A program made the translations under genes and the position numbers. This document shows, piece after piece, positions 39,713 through 49,679 of a DNA stretch of 64,000 nucleotides. Source of the stretch: Patescibacteria group bacterium (GTDB lineage Bacteria; Patescibacteriota; Microgenomatia; UBA10105; UBA927); NCBI GenBank assembly GCA_038062795.1, contig JBBTWM010000033.1:5615-69614 (forward strand), given 5' to 3'. A model generated the notes under the pieces. The model made no database searches and was not told the DNA's origin. It saw only the letters and a list, made by a program, of their open reading frames with translations. The first letter of the stretch is position 1. Each line of letters begins with the position of its first letter.

Positions 39713-40496
39713 ACTGCTTTCTCTTATTATTCCGGTATATCATCAGGAGCGGACTATCCGGAAACAACTTCAGAATATCATCGGTGAGCTTGAGTTGCTC
39801 GCGACTCCATATGAGGTAATTGTCGTAGTCGACGGCCTGGATGACAAATGCTTCGAAGAAGCCAAAAAAGTTCACTCGGACAAGATCACCGTTACCGGAT
39901 ACAAAACGAATCACGGGAAGGGGTACGCGGTACGTTTCGGTATGGGGAAAAGCCACGGTGATGTTATCGGATTCTTAGATGCCGGTGGGGATTTGAGTGA
40001 GTTGGGATTGTCCATGATGACGGAGCATTATAAATGGTATAACGCAGATATTATTATCGGGAGCAAACGCCACCCGGTATCCAAAGTCGCGTACCCAATT
40101 GCGAGGAAAATTTTATCCTGGGGATATCAACAACTGGTGCGTTTGTTATTCGGCCTCAACGTGAGAGACACCCAAGTCGGCATGAAACTGTACCGCAGGG
40201 AAGTGTTGGAAGATGTACTCCCCAGACTCGTAGTTAAGCAATTTGCTTTTGACATAGAGATTTTGGCGGTTGCATATCATTTGGGGTACCGGCGCATTTT
40301 CGAAGCACCGGTCGAACTGGATTTTACCGGAGCTTCCAGCATTACCTCTATGGGGGTGTGGAAAACCATATGGAACATGCTCTGGGATACATTCGCCGTG
40401 TATTACCGACTGCACATATTGCATTATTATGATAATCTCAACAAGCGGAAATGGAAGTTTGACAAAGAGCTTAATTTCAACGTCTCTGTCCCGTAA
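39693..40496 (+). CDS. GT2 polyprenol-phosphate glycosyltransferase (Dol-P-Glc synthase-like)
   Basis: IIPVY, VVDG, NHGKGYAV, FLDAG, IGSKRHP, DTQVGMK, FAFDIEIL. Confidence 0.85.
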   Translation: MRSKNIKLLSLIIPVYHQERTIRKQLQNIIGELELLATPYEVIVVVDGLDDKCFEEAKKVHSDKITVTGYKTNHGKGYAVRFGMGKSHGDVIGFLDAGGDLSELGLSMMTEHYKWYNADIIIGSKRHPVSKVAYPIARKILSWGYQQLVRLLFGLNVRDTQVGMKLYRREVLEDVLPRLVVKQFAFDIEILAVAYHLGYRRIFEAPVELDFTGASSITSMGVWKTIWNMLWDTFAVYYRLHILHYYDNLNKRKWKFDKELNFNVSVP

Positions 40497-40506
40497 AGGA
40501 AATAGT

Positions 40507-41535
40507 ATGAACATTGTTATAACCGGCGGGGCCGGATTTATCGGATGTAATGCTGCGGCGTATTATCTGGCAAAAAAAGCAGATGTTATCGTCTTTGACA
40601 ACCTCTCCCGTGCAAATACCGATAAAAATCTTGCCTGGCTGAAAACGCTCGGGGGCAATCTTACCTATATAAAGGGAGATTTGCGTTCTATTGCTGATAC
40701 AGCCAAGCTTATTTCGTTTCTTGCGGATGCTGATGCAGTGCTTCATTTGGCTGCGCAAGTTGCCGTAACCACGTCGGTTATAAACCCACGGGAAGATTTC
40801 GAAATCAATGCAGTGGGCACATTTAATCTATTGGAAGCGATGCGGGCATCCGAAAGTCGGGCTAAGCTCATTTATTCTTCGACAAATAAAGTCTACGGAG
40901 GTATGGAGGATGTTGCAGTCGAGGAAAAGGACACTCGGTATGATTACGCAAATCTTCCGTACGGTGTGAGTGAAGATCGGCAGTTAGACTTTCACTCCCC
41001 ATACGGTTGTTCCAAGGGAGCTGCTGATCAGTATGTCCATGATTATGGCAGGATATACGGACTAGATACCGTCGTCATGCGTCAATCCTGTATTTATGGT
41101 CCCCGGCAGTTTGGTGTAGAAGATCAGGGGTGGGTCGCATGGTTTATCATCGCAACGGCATTGGGGCATAAATTGGCAATCTACGGAGATGGTAAGCAAG
41201 TGCGGGATCTTCTGTATGTCGATGATCTTATCGCAGCATACGATATGGCTATTCTAGCCGGTAAGAAAACCCGTGGAGGAATGTATAATATCGGAGGAGG
41301 GCCGAATAATACGCTTTCCGTTTGGCATGAGTTTGGTCCGATGCTGGAAAAGCTTTTCGGCAAAAAAATTCCGGTAACTCATGAGGACTGGCGCCCGGGA
41401 GATCAGAAAATATTCGTGGCAGACATCCGTAAAGCAAAAAAAGAATTCGGATGGGAGCCACGTGTGTCAGTAGAAGCTGGTATTGAGAAACTTTACATGT
41501 GGGTCAGCGCAAACAAAACGCTTTTTCGCTCCTAA
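40507..41535 (+). CDS. rfbE: CDP-paratose 2-epimerase (tyvelose epimerase)-like extended SDR
   Basis: TGGAGFIG, HLAAQVAVTTS, STNKVYG, HSPYGCSKG, RQSCIYG, DQGWVAWF; start moved to ATG 40507. Confidence 0.8.
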   Translation: MNIVITGGAGFIGCNAAAYYLAKKADVIVFDNLSRANTDKNLAWLKTLGGNLTYIKGDLRSIADTAKLISFLADADAVLHLAAQVAVTTSVINPREDFEINAVGTFNLLEAMRASESRAKLIYSSTNKVYGGMEDVAVEEKDTRYDYANLPYGVSEDRQLDFHSPYGCSKGAADQYVHDYGRIYGLDTVVMRQSCIYGPRQFGVEDQGWVAWFIIATALGHKLAIYGDGKQVRDLLYVDDLIAAYDMAILAGKKTRGGMYNIGGGPNNTLSVWHEFGPMLEKLFGKKIPVTHEDWRPGDQKIFVADIRKAKKEFGWEPRVSVEAGIEKLYMWVSANKTLFRS

Positions 41536-41541
41536 TTCCGC

Positions 41542-42333
41542 ATGAAATCCACTGACTCGGAATCGCTTCATGATTATCCGCCGGAGGCATACGCTCTCCT
41601 TTCGGAAAGCGAAAAAAGACATTTCTGGTTTCAAGGGAGAAATATGATTATCCGGGAAGTGATTCGTTCATCGATCCGAGATAATAAAGGATTAAGTTTT
41701 TTGGAAATCGGATGCGGGACCGGGTATGTTTTAGCAGAGTTAGCAAGAATGGGATTTAAGGTAACCGGATTGGATATGCACGCAGAGGGTTTGGCTTATG
41801 CAAAGCTACGAGTTCCCACCGCAACATTTTTTGCGGGAAAATTAGATGAGTTCCGACCAAAAAAACTTTTTGACGCGGCAGGTATGTTTGATGTGCTGGA
41901 GCATATTCCGAACGATACGTCCGCCCTTGTAGAATGTGCAGGACTTCTCAAAAAAAATGGCATGCTGTACCTCACCGTTCCTGCTCGGTCAGAGCTGTGG
42001 TCTGTCTACGATGATATTTCCGGCCATAAACGGCGGTATACCAAGGGAAGCCTGAAGATCGTGTTAGAGAGAAGCGGGTTTCGCGTGAAATTTATCGGGT
42101 ACTTTGGCTTTTTTCAGTATGTTCCGCATTTGATAATGAAACGGTTACTTCTTAAGAAATCTCATGTAGCAAAGGCGGATACGATGGGTGTGTTGAAACG
42201 GATTTTGTGGCAGCCTCCGGGAATACTCAATTGGCTGCTGGAGCAGTCGTTTACACTCGATATGTTTCTCTCCAAATTTATCGAGTTACCTTTCGGGACA
42301 TCTCTCATCGTTTCCGCACGAAAAGCAGTATAA
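41542..42333 (+). CDS. Class I SAM-dependent methyltransferase
   Basis: HFWF..R, LEIGCGTG, FDVLEHI, TVPA..LWS..D...GHKRRY. Confidence 0.85.
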   Translation: MKSTDSESLHDYPPEAYALLSESEKRHFWFQGRNMIIREVIRSSIRDNKGLSFLEIGCGTGYVLAELARMGFKVTGLDMHAEGLAYAKLRVPTATFFAGKLDEFRPKKLFDAAGMFDVLEHIPNDTSALVECAGLLKKNGMLYLTVPARSELWSVYDDISGHKRRYTKGSLKIVLERSGFRVKFIGYFGFFQYVPHLIMKRLLLKKSHVAKADTMGVLKRILWQPPGILNWLLEQSFTLDMFLSKFIELPFGTSLIVSARKAV

Positions 42334-42349
42334 TTGGCTTTATAGCTGC

Positions 42350-43468
42350 ATGAATGTACTTATCCTCAATTGGAAAGATATCAGAAACCCCGATGTCGGG
42401 GGAGCTGAGATCATACTGTACGAATTATCTAAGCGTTTGGTACGTGACGGGCATTCCGTTACCTGGTTTTGTCGGACATGTAAGGGAGCGAAATCCCAAG
42501 AGACTATCGATGGCATTCGGATAATTCGCCGTGGAAATAGATTTACCGTCTATTGGGAGGCATACTTGTATTATCGTAAGCTTATAGTGAAGCCGGATAA
42601 AGTATTGGACTGTGTGAATACTATTTGCTGGCAAACTCCGCTTTATGTTCCCAAAGAAAAACGCATTGCGTACGTAAATCAGTTGGCAAAAGAGGTCTTT
42701 TTCTATGAATTGCCACCGGTTTTGTCGCATATCGCTTATTTTTTGGAGCCTTTGGAATATCTCACGTACCGAGATACAACGTTCCTCTGTTATTCCGAGA
42801 GTGTGAAAAAAGATATTACTACGTTCGGTATCCCGGAAAAAAATATATCGACATTTCCGATTGGCATAGATCACGATAGATACAAATCAGGTAAGAAATC
42901 CAAAGACCCGCTGTTTCTCTTTGTGGCGCGGCTTACTTCTATGAAACGACCTGATCTGTGTATTGAGGCGATGCGTATTGTCACACGGAAATATCCCAAG
43001 GCGAAACTTGCTATCGTAGGATATGGCCCTATGGAGGACGCACTGGAACATATGATTAGTGACTATAAACTTGGGGAGAATGTTATGCTTGTAAATAAGA
43101 ATCACTTGTTTTTTGATACCAATCCCAAAGATCAGAAAGTGAAGCTTATGCAGCAGGCATGGGCACTCCTTCTTCCGTCCGTCAAAGAAGGCTGGGGCAT
43201 GGTCGTTACGGAGGCAGCAGCCTGCGGTACAGCGAGTATCGTAACGGATGTTACAGGACTCCGGGATTCTGTAAAAGCTGAACAAACCGGAATTGTACTC
43301 GGACCAACCCCCTCAGTGGCTGATTTATCAGCAGCGATAATCCGCTTGATTACTGATAAGGCAAGGCAGGAAAATATGGGGAAGAACGCAAGCGTATTTA
43401 GTGATCGTTTTAGTTGGGAACGTTCATATGAATCATTTTTAACATTAATCAGTAGGGATACGCAGTGA
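42350..43468 (+). CDS. GT4 glycosyltransferase
   Basis: NWKDIRNPDVGGAE, KEGWGMVVTEAAACG. Confidence 0.9.
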   Translation: MNVLILNWKDIRNPDVGGAEIILYELSKRLVRDGHSVTWFCRTCKGAKSQETIDGIRIIRRGNRFTVYWEAYLYYRKLIVKPDKVLDCVNTICWQTPLYVPKEKRIAYVNQLAKEVFFYELPPVLSHIAYFLEPLEYLTYRDTTFLCYSESVKKDITTFGIPEKNISTFPIGIDHDRYKSGKKSKDPLFLFVARLTSMKRPDLCIEAMRIVTRKYPKAKLAIVGYGPMEDALEHMISDYKLGENVMLVNKNHLFFDTNPKDQKVKLMQQAWALLLPSVKEGWGMVVTEAAACGTASIVTDVTGLRDSVKAEQTGIVLGPTPSVADLSAAIIRLITDKARQENMGKNASVFSDRFSWERSYESFLTLISRDTQ

Positions 43469-43474
43469 TATAAT
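43466..43474 (+). promoter_or_regulatory. Putative extended -10 promoter for a leaderless transcript (TGaTATAAT)
   Basis: Consensus TATAAT with TG; exactly 6 nt before ATG 43481. Confidence 0.6.
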
Positions 43475-43480
43475 AATACT

Positions 43481-44314
43481 ATGAAACGCGGCATTGTCAG
43501 CATCGTTATCCCTACAAAAAATTCTACTGCTTTTTTAGAGAATACGTTAAAAAGTATAAAAGCACAGTCATATCCGTATATAGAAACCATTGTTGTCGAC
43601 GGAAACTCCACAGATAATACTGTTCTACTCGCTAAAAAATATAATGCCACAATCATGATCTATGCCCCAAAGGTACAGAAAGGTATATTTGATGCGCCTC
43701 ATAAACGTAATTACGGTATGGCACGGGGAAAAGGGGAATATGTGTATTGGTTGGATGCCGACATGGAATTACCCAAAAATTTAATTAAGGAAGCGGTCGC
43801 GCTGACAAAAAAAGGATACGACGGCATTATTTTTTCAGAAGATTCTTTTGGCGAAGGAATATGGGCAAATGCGAAGCAGTTGGAACGGCGGTGTTATTGG
43901 GGCGATTTGACCGTTGAAAGCCCGAGATTTTTCACCAAAAAAGCGTGGGATGATATCGGCGGGTTTGACCTTTCATTGGGGGCCGGGGGCGACGATATAG
44001 ATCTTACCCAAAAATTAATGGAAAAAGGATATAAAATTCAATGGACAGAGAATATTATCCGCCATAACGAAGGGAAACTCTCCATTACAAAATTATTTAA
44101 GAAGAGGTTCATGTATGGGAGGGAGATGGTCAATTACCTGAAAAAACGGCCTAAATCATGGATAGCCAGTTATAATCCGATAAAATTTGCCTATTTCCGT
44201 CATTGGAAGCTCCTTCTTGCCCACCCCGTGAATACCGTATTGTTTATTGTGATGAGGCTTATTGAGTATACAGGAGGCTTTTCCGGTCTTATATATTCCT
44301 ATATAACGAAATAA
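43481..44314 (+). CDS. GT2 glycosyltransferase
   Basis: SIVIPTKN, VVDGNSTD, RNYG, WLDADM, GGFD. Confidence 0.9.
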   Translation: MKRGIVSIVIPTKNSTAFLENTLKSIKAQSYPYIETIVVDGNSTDNTVLLAKKYNATIMIYAPKVQKGIFDAPHKRNYGMARGKGEYVYWLDADMELPKNLIKEAVALTKKGYDGIIFSEDSFGEGIWANAKQLERRCYWGDLTVESPRFFTKKAWDDIGGFDLSLGAGGDDIDLTQKLMEKGYKIQWTENIIRHNEGKLSITKLFKKRFMYGREMVNYLKKRPKSWIASYNPIKFAYFRHWKLLLAHPVNTVLFIVMRLIEYTGGFSGLIYSYITK

Positions 44315-44394
44315 CTGCATTCCGGATATGCTGCTTTTTTTGCATGTGTCGATGCGTTATGATTACTCATTATTGACGAAAGGGGAATTATTGT

Positions 44395-45108
44395 ATGAAG
44401 AAATTAAAAAATCAGAAGCTTAGCGGCGTTAATGTGGATTTGTTGCATTGGTCTGAAAAAGAATACGACAAGCTCCACAAGGGGAAAGGGTTTTATGAGG
44501 AGAGGGAATATTACGAGGTGCTCGCCACACTTCTCAAAGGAAAAAAGGCAATAGATATCGGTTGCGGTGAGGGCTATGTCGAGCACTTTGCGCCGGAAAT
44601 AACCGCAGTAGATTTTTCTTCTGAGGCTCTCAAGCGTGCAAAAAAGAATGGAGCAAAACATCTGGTTAAAGCTCCTGCCGAAGCGTTGCCGTTTGGCGAT
44701 AATACGTTTGAAGTCGCACTATCCGCCGGAACCCTCGAGCATCTCGTAAACCAACAAAAAGCCATAGAGGAAATGGGTAGAGTGGCAAAGGTTCAGATTA
44801 TTATCGCTCATGCAAAGCTTCCGTGGCTATATGAGATGGCTCATAAGCTCATCAACTTGGCCTACGGATGGAAACAGGACCAGCCGCTTGAGCGGCCGCT
44901 GTCGCTTTCTGAGATTAACGCAATGCTTTCCCGCGCTGGTCTGAAAGTAATTTTTCAGGGCATATTTAATTATGTCGATCTCCGATGGTTATGGAAAGGT
45001 TTGCCGTATGGCCTCCTTAAGATTCCGTCGCATTATTTTATTGTTTCGATAAAGTCCGAGGCATCAGGGCGAAGATTTTTGAAGGAAGAGAGCGGCTGGA
45101 AGATATGA
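44395..45108 (+). CDS. Class I SAM-dependent methyltransferase
   Basis: IDIGCGEG, AVDFS, AEALPFGDNTFE, LEHL. Confidence 0.85.
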   Translation: MKKLKNQKLSGVNVDLLHWSEKEYDKLHKGKGFYEEREYYEVLATLLKGKKAIDIGCGEGYVEHFAPEITAVDFSSEALKRAKKNGAKHLVKAPAEALPFGDNTFEVALSAGTLEHLVNQQKAIEEMGRVAKVQIIIAHAKLPWLYEMAHKLINLAYGWKQDQPLERPLSLSEINAMLSRAGLKVIFQGIFNYVDLRWLWKGLPYGLLKIPSHYFIVSIKSEASGRRFLKEESGWKI

Positions 45109-46319
45109 AGTATCTTCACTTGGTTCAATGGAGTCCCCGCGAGAGTTTCGGCGGGTATGAAACCATTGTGCGCGAGACCGCATTGACCCAGCAGAAACGG
45201 CATAGCACCGTGTATGTAGTAGGCAGGAGAGTCGGACGTAACAGAAGCATTGATTCTGTATCAGTATCAGGAGTTACCTACGTAGAAGTGAGCCACCCGA
45301 TGAGGCGCCGTCCGAGCAGCTTGGATGTGGGAATAATTGGAATCGTGATGCTATTTGTGGAAATATTCGTTTCGCTTTGGTTACTGACGCCGGTTGTTTG
45401 GCGCATTATCCGAAGAGAACGGATAGACGCGGTGATTTTCTACGGCATACATCTTATGCTCATGGGTCCGATAGTCCGTCTTGGGGGCACTCTGGCGTTG
45501 TTGGGGCTTGAGGTGTTGCAAAAAAATCAGGAAGTGGGACGCATGTCCTTTCTCTACTGGTTTAGAAGGTTGAAATATGCGTGTTTTAACGGAATTTTTA
45601 CCTACACGTATTATTTTTATCTGGATAATCGAAAGTATAACAATATAGCCTTGCTCAAAACGTACGCACCCCGAATTCCTGTGGCGTATATCCCTTGGGG
45701 TATTGATGTTAAGGCTACGAGTTCCGTAAAAAGCGACCAGTCCCTTGTGTCCTGGAAAAAGAAAACATCATCCGTTATCATTCTCTGTCCAAGAAGGTTG
45801 GTAGAGGAAAAGGGCGTCCGTTATCTGCTGGAAGCAGTGCCTATGATACGAAAAAAAATCCCCGGTGCATATGTTGTTTTTGCCGGAGACGGAATTTTAC
45901 GCCGCGAGATGGAAAATCGGGCGAAAGAACTCGGGGTAGCCTCGTGTGTCAGGTTTACCGGGTTCATGAGCCATGAAAAAACACTGCAAATGATGAAGGC
46001 GTCGGATATGATTGTGGTGCCTTCTTCTGGCGAAGAATCGTTCGGTATGGTATTTTTAGAAGCATACGCATTAGGTGTACCGATCGTCTCAACATGGTTC
46101 GGAGGAATACCAAATGTAGTTGAGCAGCATAAAACAGGGTTGCTTGTGGCTGTAAAGCGACCGGACGAATTAGCAGATTCGGTGATACGTATTGTCAAAA
46201 ATATGCGTGAAAGAGAGCAGTATATAGCAGCAGGAAAAGAATTGGTAAGCGCTAAATTTACCATCGAAAAAACGACCGATACCATAGACAGATTTGTACG
46301 TACTTTGCAGAAAGCCTAA
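45105..46319 (+). CDS. GT4 glycosyltransferase
   Basis: GGYE, RRLVEEKG, EESFGMVFLEAYALG. Confidence 0.9.
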   Translation: MKYLHLVQWSPRESFGGYETIVRETALTQQKRHSTVYVVGRRVGRNRSIDSVSVSGVTYVEVSHPMRRRPSSLDVGIIGIVMLFVEIFVSLWLLTPVVWRIIRRERIDAVIFYGIHLMLMGPIVRLGGTLALLGLEVLQKNQEVGRMSFLYWFRRLKYACFNGIFTYTYYFYLDNRKYNNIALLKTYAPRIPVAYIPWGIDVKATSSVKSDQSLVSWKKKTSSVIILCPRRLVEEKGVRYLLEAVPMIRKKIPGAYVVFAGDGILRREMENRAKELGVASCVRFTGFMSHEKTLQMMKASDMIVVPSSGEESFGMVFLEAYALGVPIVSTWFGGIPNVVEQHKTGLLVAVKRPDELADSVIRIVKNMREREQYIAAGKELVSAKFTIEKTTDTIDRFVRTLQKA

Positions 46320-46322
46320 TTT

Positions 46323-47510
46323 ATGATTTCACTTATCAAATCTACATTTTATAACGAAAAGAAAACGAAGCAGCAATTATGTAAATTTATCAGCAGCGCC
46401 GATAAATTAAGCATCGGAAAACAATGCAGAATTTTTGAACAAAAATTCGCGGCATACCAGGATCGGGCGCATTGTCTGTTCGTCAATAGCGGCAGCTCCG
46501 CTAATCTTGCGTTAATACAGGCTTTATTGAACCTAGGGAGGATAAAAAAAGGTGATGCAATTGGATTTTCCGCTTTGACGTGGTCCACCAACGTTATGCC
46601 GCTTATTCAATTGGGACTCACCCCCGTTCCGGTTGATATAGAACTTGATACATTGAACGTGTCGTCCCACACGCTGGAAGAAGCACTGGCGCGACAACCG
46701 ATCAAGCTTTTATTTCTGACAAATTTATTAGGTTTTTGCGATGATATCGATGTCATATCCGATATTTGTCGAAAGCGGAATATACAACTGATAGAAGACA
46801 ATTGTGAGTCGTTGGGTACGGTTTACAAAGGCAAAAAATTAGGAAATTGGGGATTAGCTAGCACCTTTTCGTTTTATGTAGGGCACCACATGTCAACGAT
46901 TGAGGGAGGCGCAGTCGTTACTGACGATAACGATCTTATCACCATGCTGCATCTGGTCCGGGCACACGGGTGGGATAGGAATCTGACCGAAGACAAGCAG
47001 CTGTTTTTGCGTGTCAAGCATAACGTCAACTCAACATTTTATTCCCGGTATACATTTTATGATCTCGGATATAATTTCAGAACGACGGAGATCCAGGGCT
47101 TTTTGGGGAATAACCAGCTTCAGTATCTTCCAGATATTATCCGTAAGAGGGAGCGCAACTTTTTTTATATGGCAAAGCCGATTTATGCACGCGATGATCT
47201 TTATTTTCCGATACGGTACGATCATATAGAGACCGTGTCTAATTTCGCCGTTCCGATTATTTGCCGTTCACAGAAGATACGCGATGCGTTGGTCAAAGCA
47301 TGCGATCGTAATATCGAAATCAGGCCTGTGGTAGGCGGAGACATGACGAAACAGCCATTTTTCAGTAAATATCAAAAAACTTCTAAAAAGTCATTCACGC
47401 AAAATGCTGAACTGGTGCATACGCAGGGGTTATATTTCGGAAATAACCCCGATCTGACAGTGAAAGAAATGAAAACGATTATCGATATATTTACTACATT
47501 GAGGGTTTAA
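46323..47510 (+). CDS. colD: ColD-like PLP/PMP-dependent GDP-4-keto-6-deoxy-mannose 3-dehydratase (DegT/DnrJ fold)
   Basis: VNSGSSANL, EDNCES, FSFYVGHHMSTIEGG (His where aminotransferases have the Schiff-base Lys), RAHGWDR, GYNFR. Confidence 0.75.
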   Translation: MISLIKSTFYNEKKTKQQLCKFISSADKLSIGKQCRIFEQKFAAYQDRAHCLFVNSGSSANLALIQALLNLGRIKKGDAIGFSALTWSTNVMPLIQLGLTPVPVDIELDTLNVSSHTLEEALARQPIKLLFLTNLLGFCDDIDVISDICRKRNIQLIEDNCESLGTVYKGKKLGNWGLASTFSFYVGHHMSTIEGGAVVTDDNDLITMLHLVRAHGWDRNLTEDKQLFLRVKHNVNSTFYSRYTFYDLGYNFRTTEIQGFLGNNQLQYLPDIIRKRERNFFYMAKPIYARDDLYFPIRYDHIETVSNFAVPIICRSQKIRDALVKACDRNIEIRPVVGGDMTKQPFFSKYQKTSKKSFTQNAELVHTQGLYFGNNPDLTVKEMKTIIDIFTTLRV

Positions 47511-47513
47511 ATT

Positions 47514-48491
47514 ATGGATACGTTTTGGACTGGTAAAAAAGTATTGGTAACCGGTGGAACGGGTTTTATCGGTAGCCATGTGGTAGAAAAACTGGTTGAC
47601 AGAAAGGCAGTGGTAACCGTATTGGATCGAATGAGGAATGGTATTATAAAAAATATTAGCAATCTTAAAGATACGGCGAAATTCGTCCCGGGGGACTGTA
47701 CGGACCTGGAAACGTCAAGAAAAGTCGTTGCAGGTCAGGAGATCGTAATGAATCTTGCTGCCCACGTAGGAGGCATAGCCTACAACCAAGACCATCAGGC
47801 GTCATTGCTGAGGGATAATATGCTCATTGCATCGACTATGCTGGAGGCGGCCCGTCTTGAGCATACTGAAAGATTTCTGGTTGTTTCCTCCGCATGTGTC
47901 TATCCGCATGACGCAAAAATTCCCACAGCGGAAACCGAAGGATTTCGTGGGGAGCCTGAGCCGACAAACGGAGGGTATGGATGGGGCAAGCGCATGGCAG
48001 AAAAACTCGGTATGTACTATGCACATCAGTATGGGATGAAAATCGGAATTGTGCGCCCATACAACGCATACGGACCGCGCGATCACTTTGATCCGAAGAC
48101 GTCACATGTGATCCCCGCCCTTATTAAGCGTGTTTTCGATGGTGAAAATCCGGTAGTCGTATGGGGCAGCGGAAAGCAATCGCGGGCGTTTCTTTATGTC
48201 GAAGATCTGGCGGAGGGTATGATTGCAGCTATAGAAAAATATCCTGTTCCTGATCCGGTGAATTTGGGAACTGACGAAGAAATAACTGTTGCTGATCTTA
48301 TACAGTCGATTATCAAAATATCCGGTATGAATTCTTCCTATACGCTAGATACTACCAAGCCTGATGGCAGTCCGCGTCGAAACAGCGACAACACGAAAGC
48401 GAAAGAAAAAATTGGATTTATAGCTCCTACCCGATTACTCGAGGGTCTCAAGAAGACTGTTGACTGGTATAAAAACAATGAAGGTAAATAA
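47514..48491 (+). CDS. GDP-fucose synthase/ColC-like epimerase-reductase
   Basis: TGGTGFIG, LAAHVGGI, SSACVYP, EPTN.GYGWGK, YGPRDHFDP..SHVIPALI. Confidence 0.75.
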   Translation: MDTFWTGKKVLVTGGTGFIGSHVVEKLVDRKAVVTVLDRMRNGIIKNISNLKDTAKFVPGDCTDLETSRKVVAGQEIVMNLAAHVGGIAYNQDHQASLLRDNMLIASTMLEAARLEHTERFLVVSSACVYPHDAKIPTAETEGFRGEPEPTNGGYGWGKRMAEKLGMYYAHQYGMKIGIVRPYNAYGPRDHFDPKTSHVIPALIKRVFDGENPVVVWGSGKQSRAFLYVEDLAEGMIAAIEKYPVPDPVNLGTDEEITVADLIQSIIKISGMNSSYTLDTTKPDGSPRRNSDNTKAKEKIGFIAPTRLLEGLKKTVDWYKNNEGK

Positions 48492-49650
48492 CCGCTATTC
48501 GGGCTCGCGAATTGTCATCGTTAGTCATATTTACACCACAGGCCCCTCACATATGTTGGAGTGTTACCTGCGAAATAAAGGTGCCGAGGTATTGTTTTTA
48601 GGACACCCATTTCATTTTGCACCGGAACCCCGTTCTCACTATCGCTGGTCCCAGAGCGGCAAGACCGGAGAAAATCATTATGTTAATTTATTTTTTCGAA
48701 ATGATGTTATAAACGTAATAAAAGACAGTCTACTGACGTTATGGTGTGTGATGAAGAGCGGAAAATTCGATGCATACGTCGGTATCGACGGAGTCAATGC
48801 TGTTATGGGTGTGCTGCTAAAAAAATTGGGAATTGTTCGGCGGGTAATTTATTACACTATCGATTTTGTCCCGAAGAGATTTTCATTTGCTCCTCTTAAT
48901 GCGCTTTATCTCTGGCTAGACCGCGTAGCTGTCTCTGGCAGCGACATTGTTTGGAATCTCTCAGGCAGGATGACACAGGAGCGGGAAAAATACGGATTGT
49001 CCAAAGCATATCGAAGTAAGCAGCATGTTGTGCCAATGGGAACCGAAGGGTTTCAGAAAAAGGGCAGCCGGGATACCTATCGGAAAAACAGCATCGCGCA
49101 CATGGGGCATCTCGTTCCTGTGCATGGCGTGTCGCTTCTCATTCAAGCGTTGCCTGAAATTGTGAAAAAAGTGCCGTCTGCACATCTCGAAATTCTTGGA
49201 GGCGGCCCTGAAGAGGACGATCTGAAACGTTTGGCGAGCCAGATGAATGTAGCTAGATACATAACTTTTCACGGATATATAAAAAGCCATGATGAATTGC
49301 TTACGATGTTATCCGAATGCGCAGTAGGTGTCGCTCCCTATGTTGACAGCGCTGATAGCTTCATCAGGAATTCGGATCCGGGCAAAGTAAAGGCTTATTT
49401 GGATGCCGGATTGCCTGTAATTGTTACCAAAGTTCCCGATGTTTGGCGGGAACTCGAGAAGTATAAGGCAGGTGTCGGTATTGAGTACGATATTCATGCT
49501 CTTTCTGATGCGGTGATATGGATTTTGTCCGATGAAAAAAGGCTATCAACATACAGGGAAGGAGCTAATGTTATGTCTCGTAAATACCGATGGGAAAATA
49601 TTTATACAAAGGCGCTGAGTTTTATTGACTTGGGCAGCAGGATGCCATAG
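48478..49650 (+). CDS. GT4-like glycosyltransferase
   Basis: YYTIDFVPKRF, HMGHL, GVAPY, DPGKVKAYL.AGLP; start moved to ATG 48478; paralog of 51491. Confidence 0.8.
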   Translation: MKVNNRYSGSRIVIVSHIYTTGPSHMLECYLRNKGAEVLFLGHPFHFAPEPRSHYRWSQSGKTGENHYVNLFFRNDVINVIKDSLLTLWCVMKSGKFDAYVGIDGVNAVMGVLLKKLGIVRRVIYYTIDFVPKRFSFAPLNALYLWLDRVAVSGSDIVWNLSGRMTQEREKYGLSKAYRSKQHVVPMGTEGFQKKGSRDTYRKNSIAHMGHLVPVHGVSLLIQALPEIVKKVPSAHLEILGGGPEEDDLKRLASQMNVARYITFHGYIKSHDELLTMLSECAVGVAPYVDSADSFIRNSDPGKVKAYLDAGLPVIVTKVPDVWRELEKYKAGVGIEYDIHALSDAVIWILSDEKRLSTYREGANVMSRKYRWENIYTKALSFIDLGSRMP

Positions 49651-49679
49651 TATAATCAATATCTTTTAATACGCTATAC

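Noticed and set aside
44315-44394. Riboswitch or sRNA in the largest intergenic gap
   Set aside because: Only 80 bp with a weak imperfect hairpin before a T run; no recognisable RNA family motif
46323-47510. Ordinary DegT/perosamine-type aminotransferase
   Set aside because: The Schiff-base Lys position is His (GHH), matching 3-dehydratases
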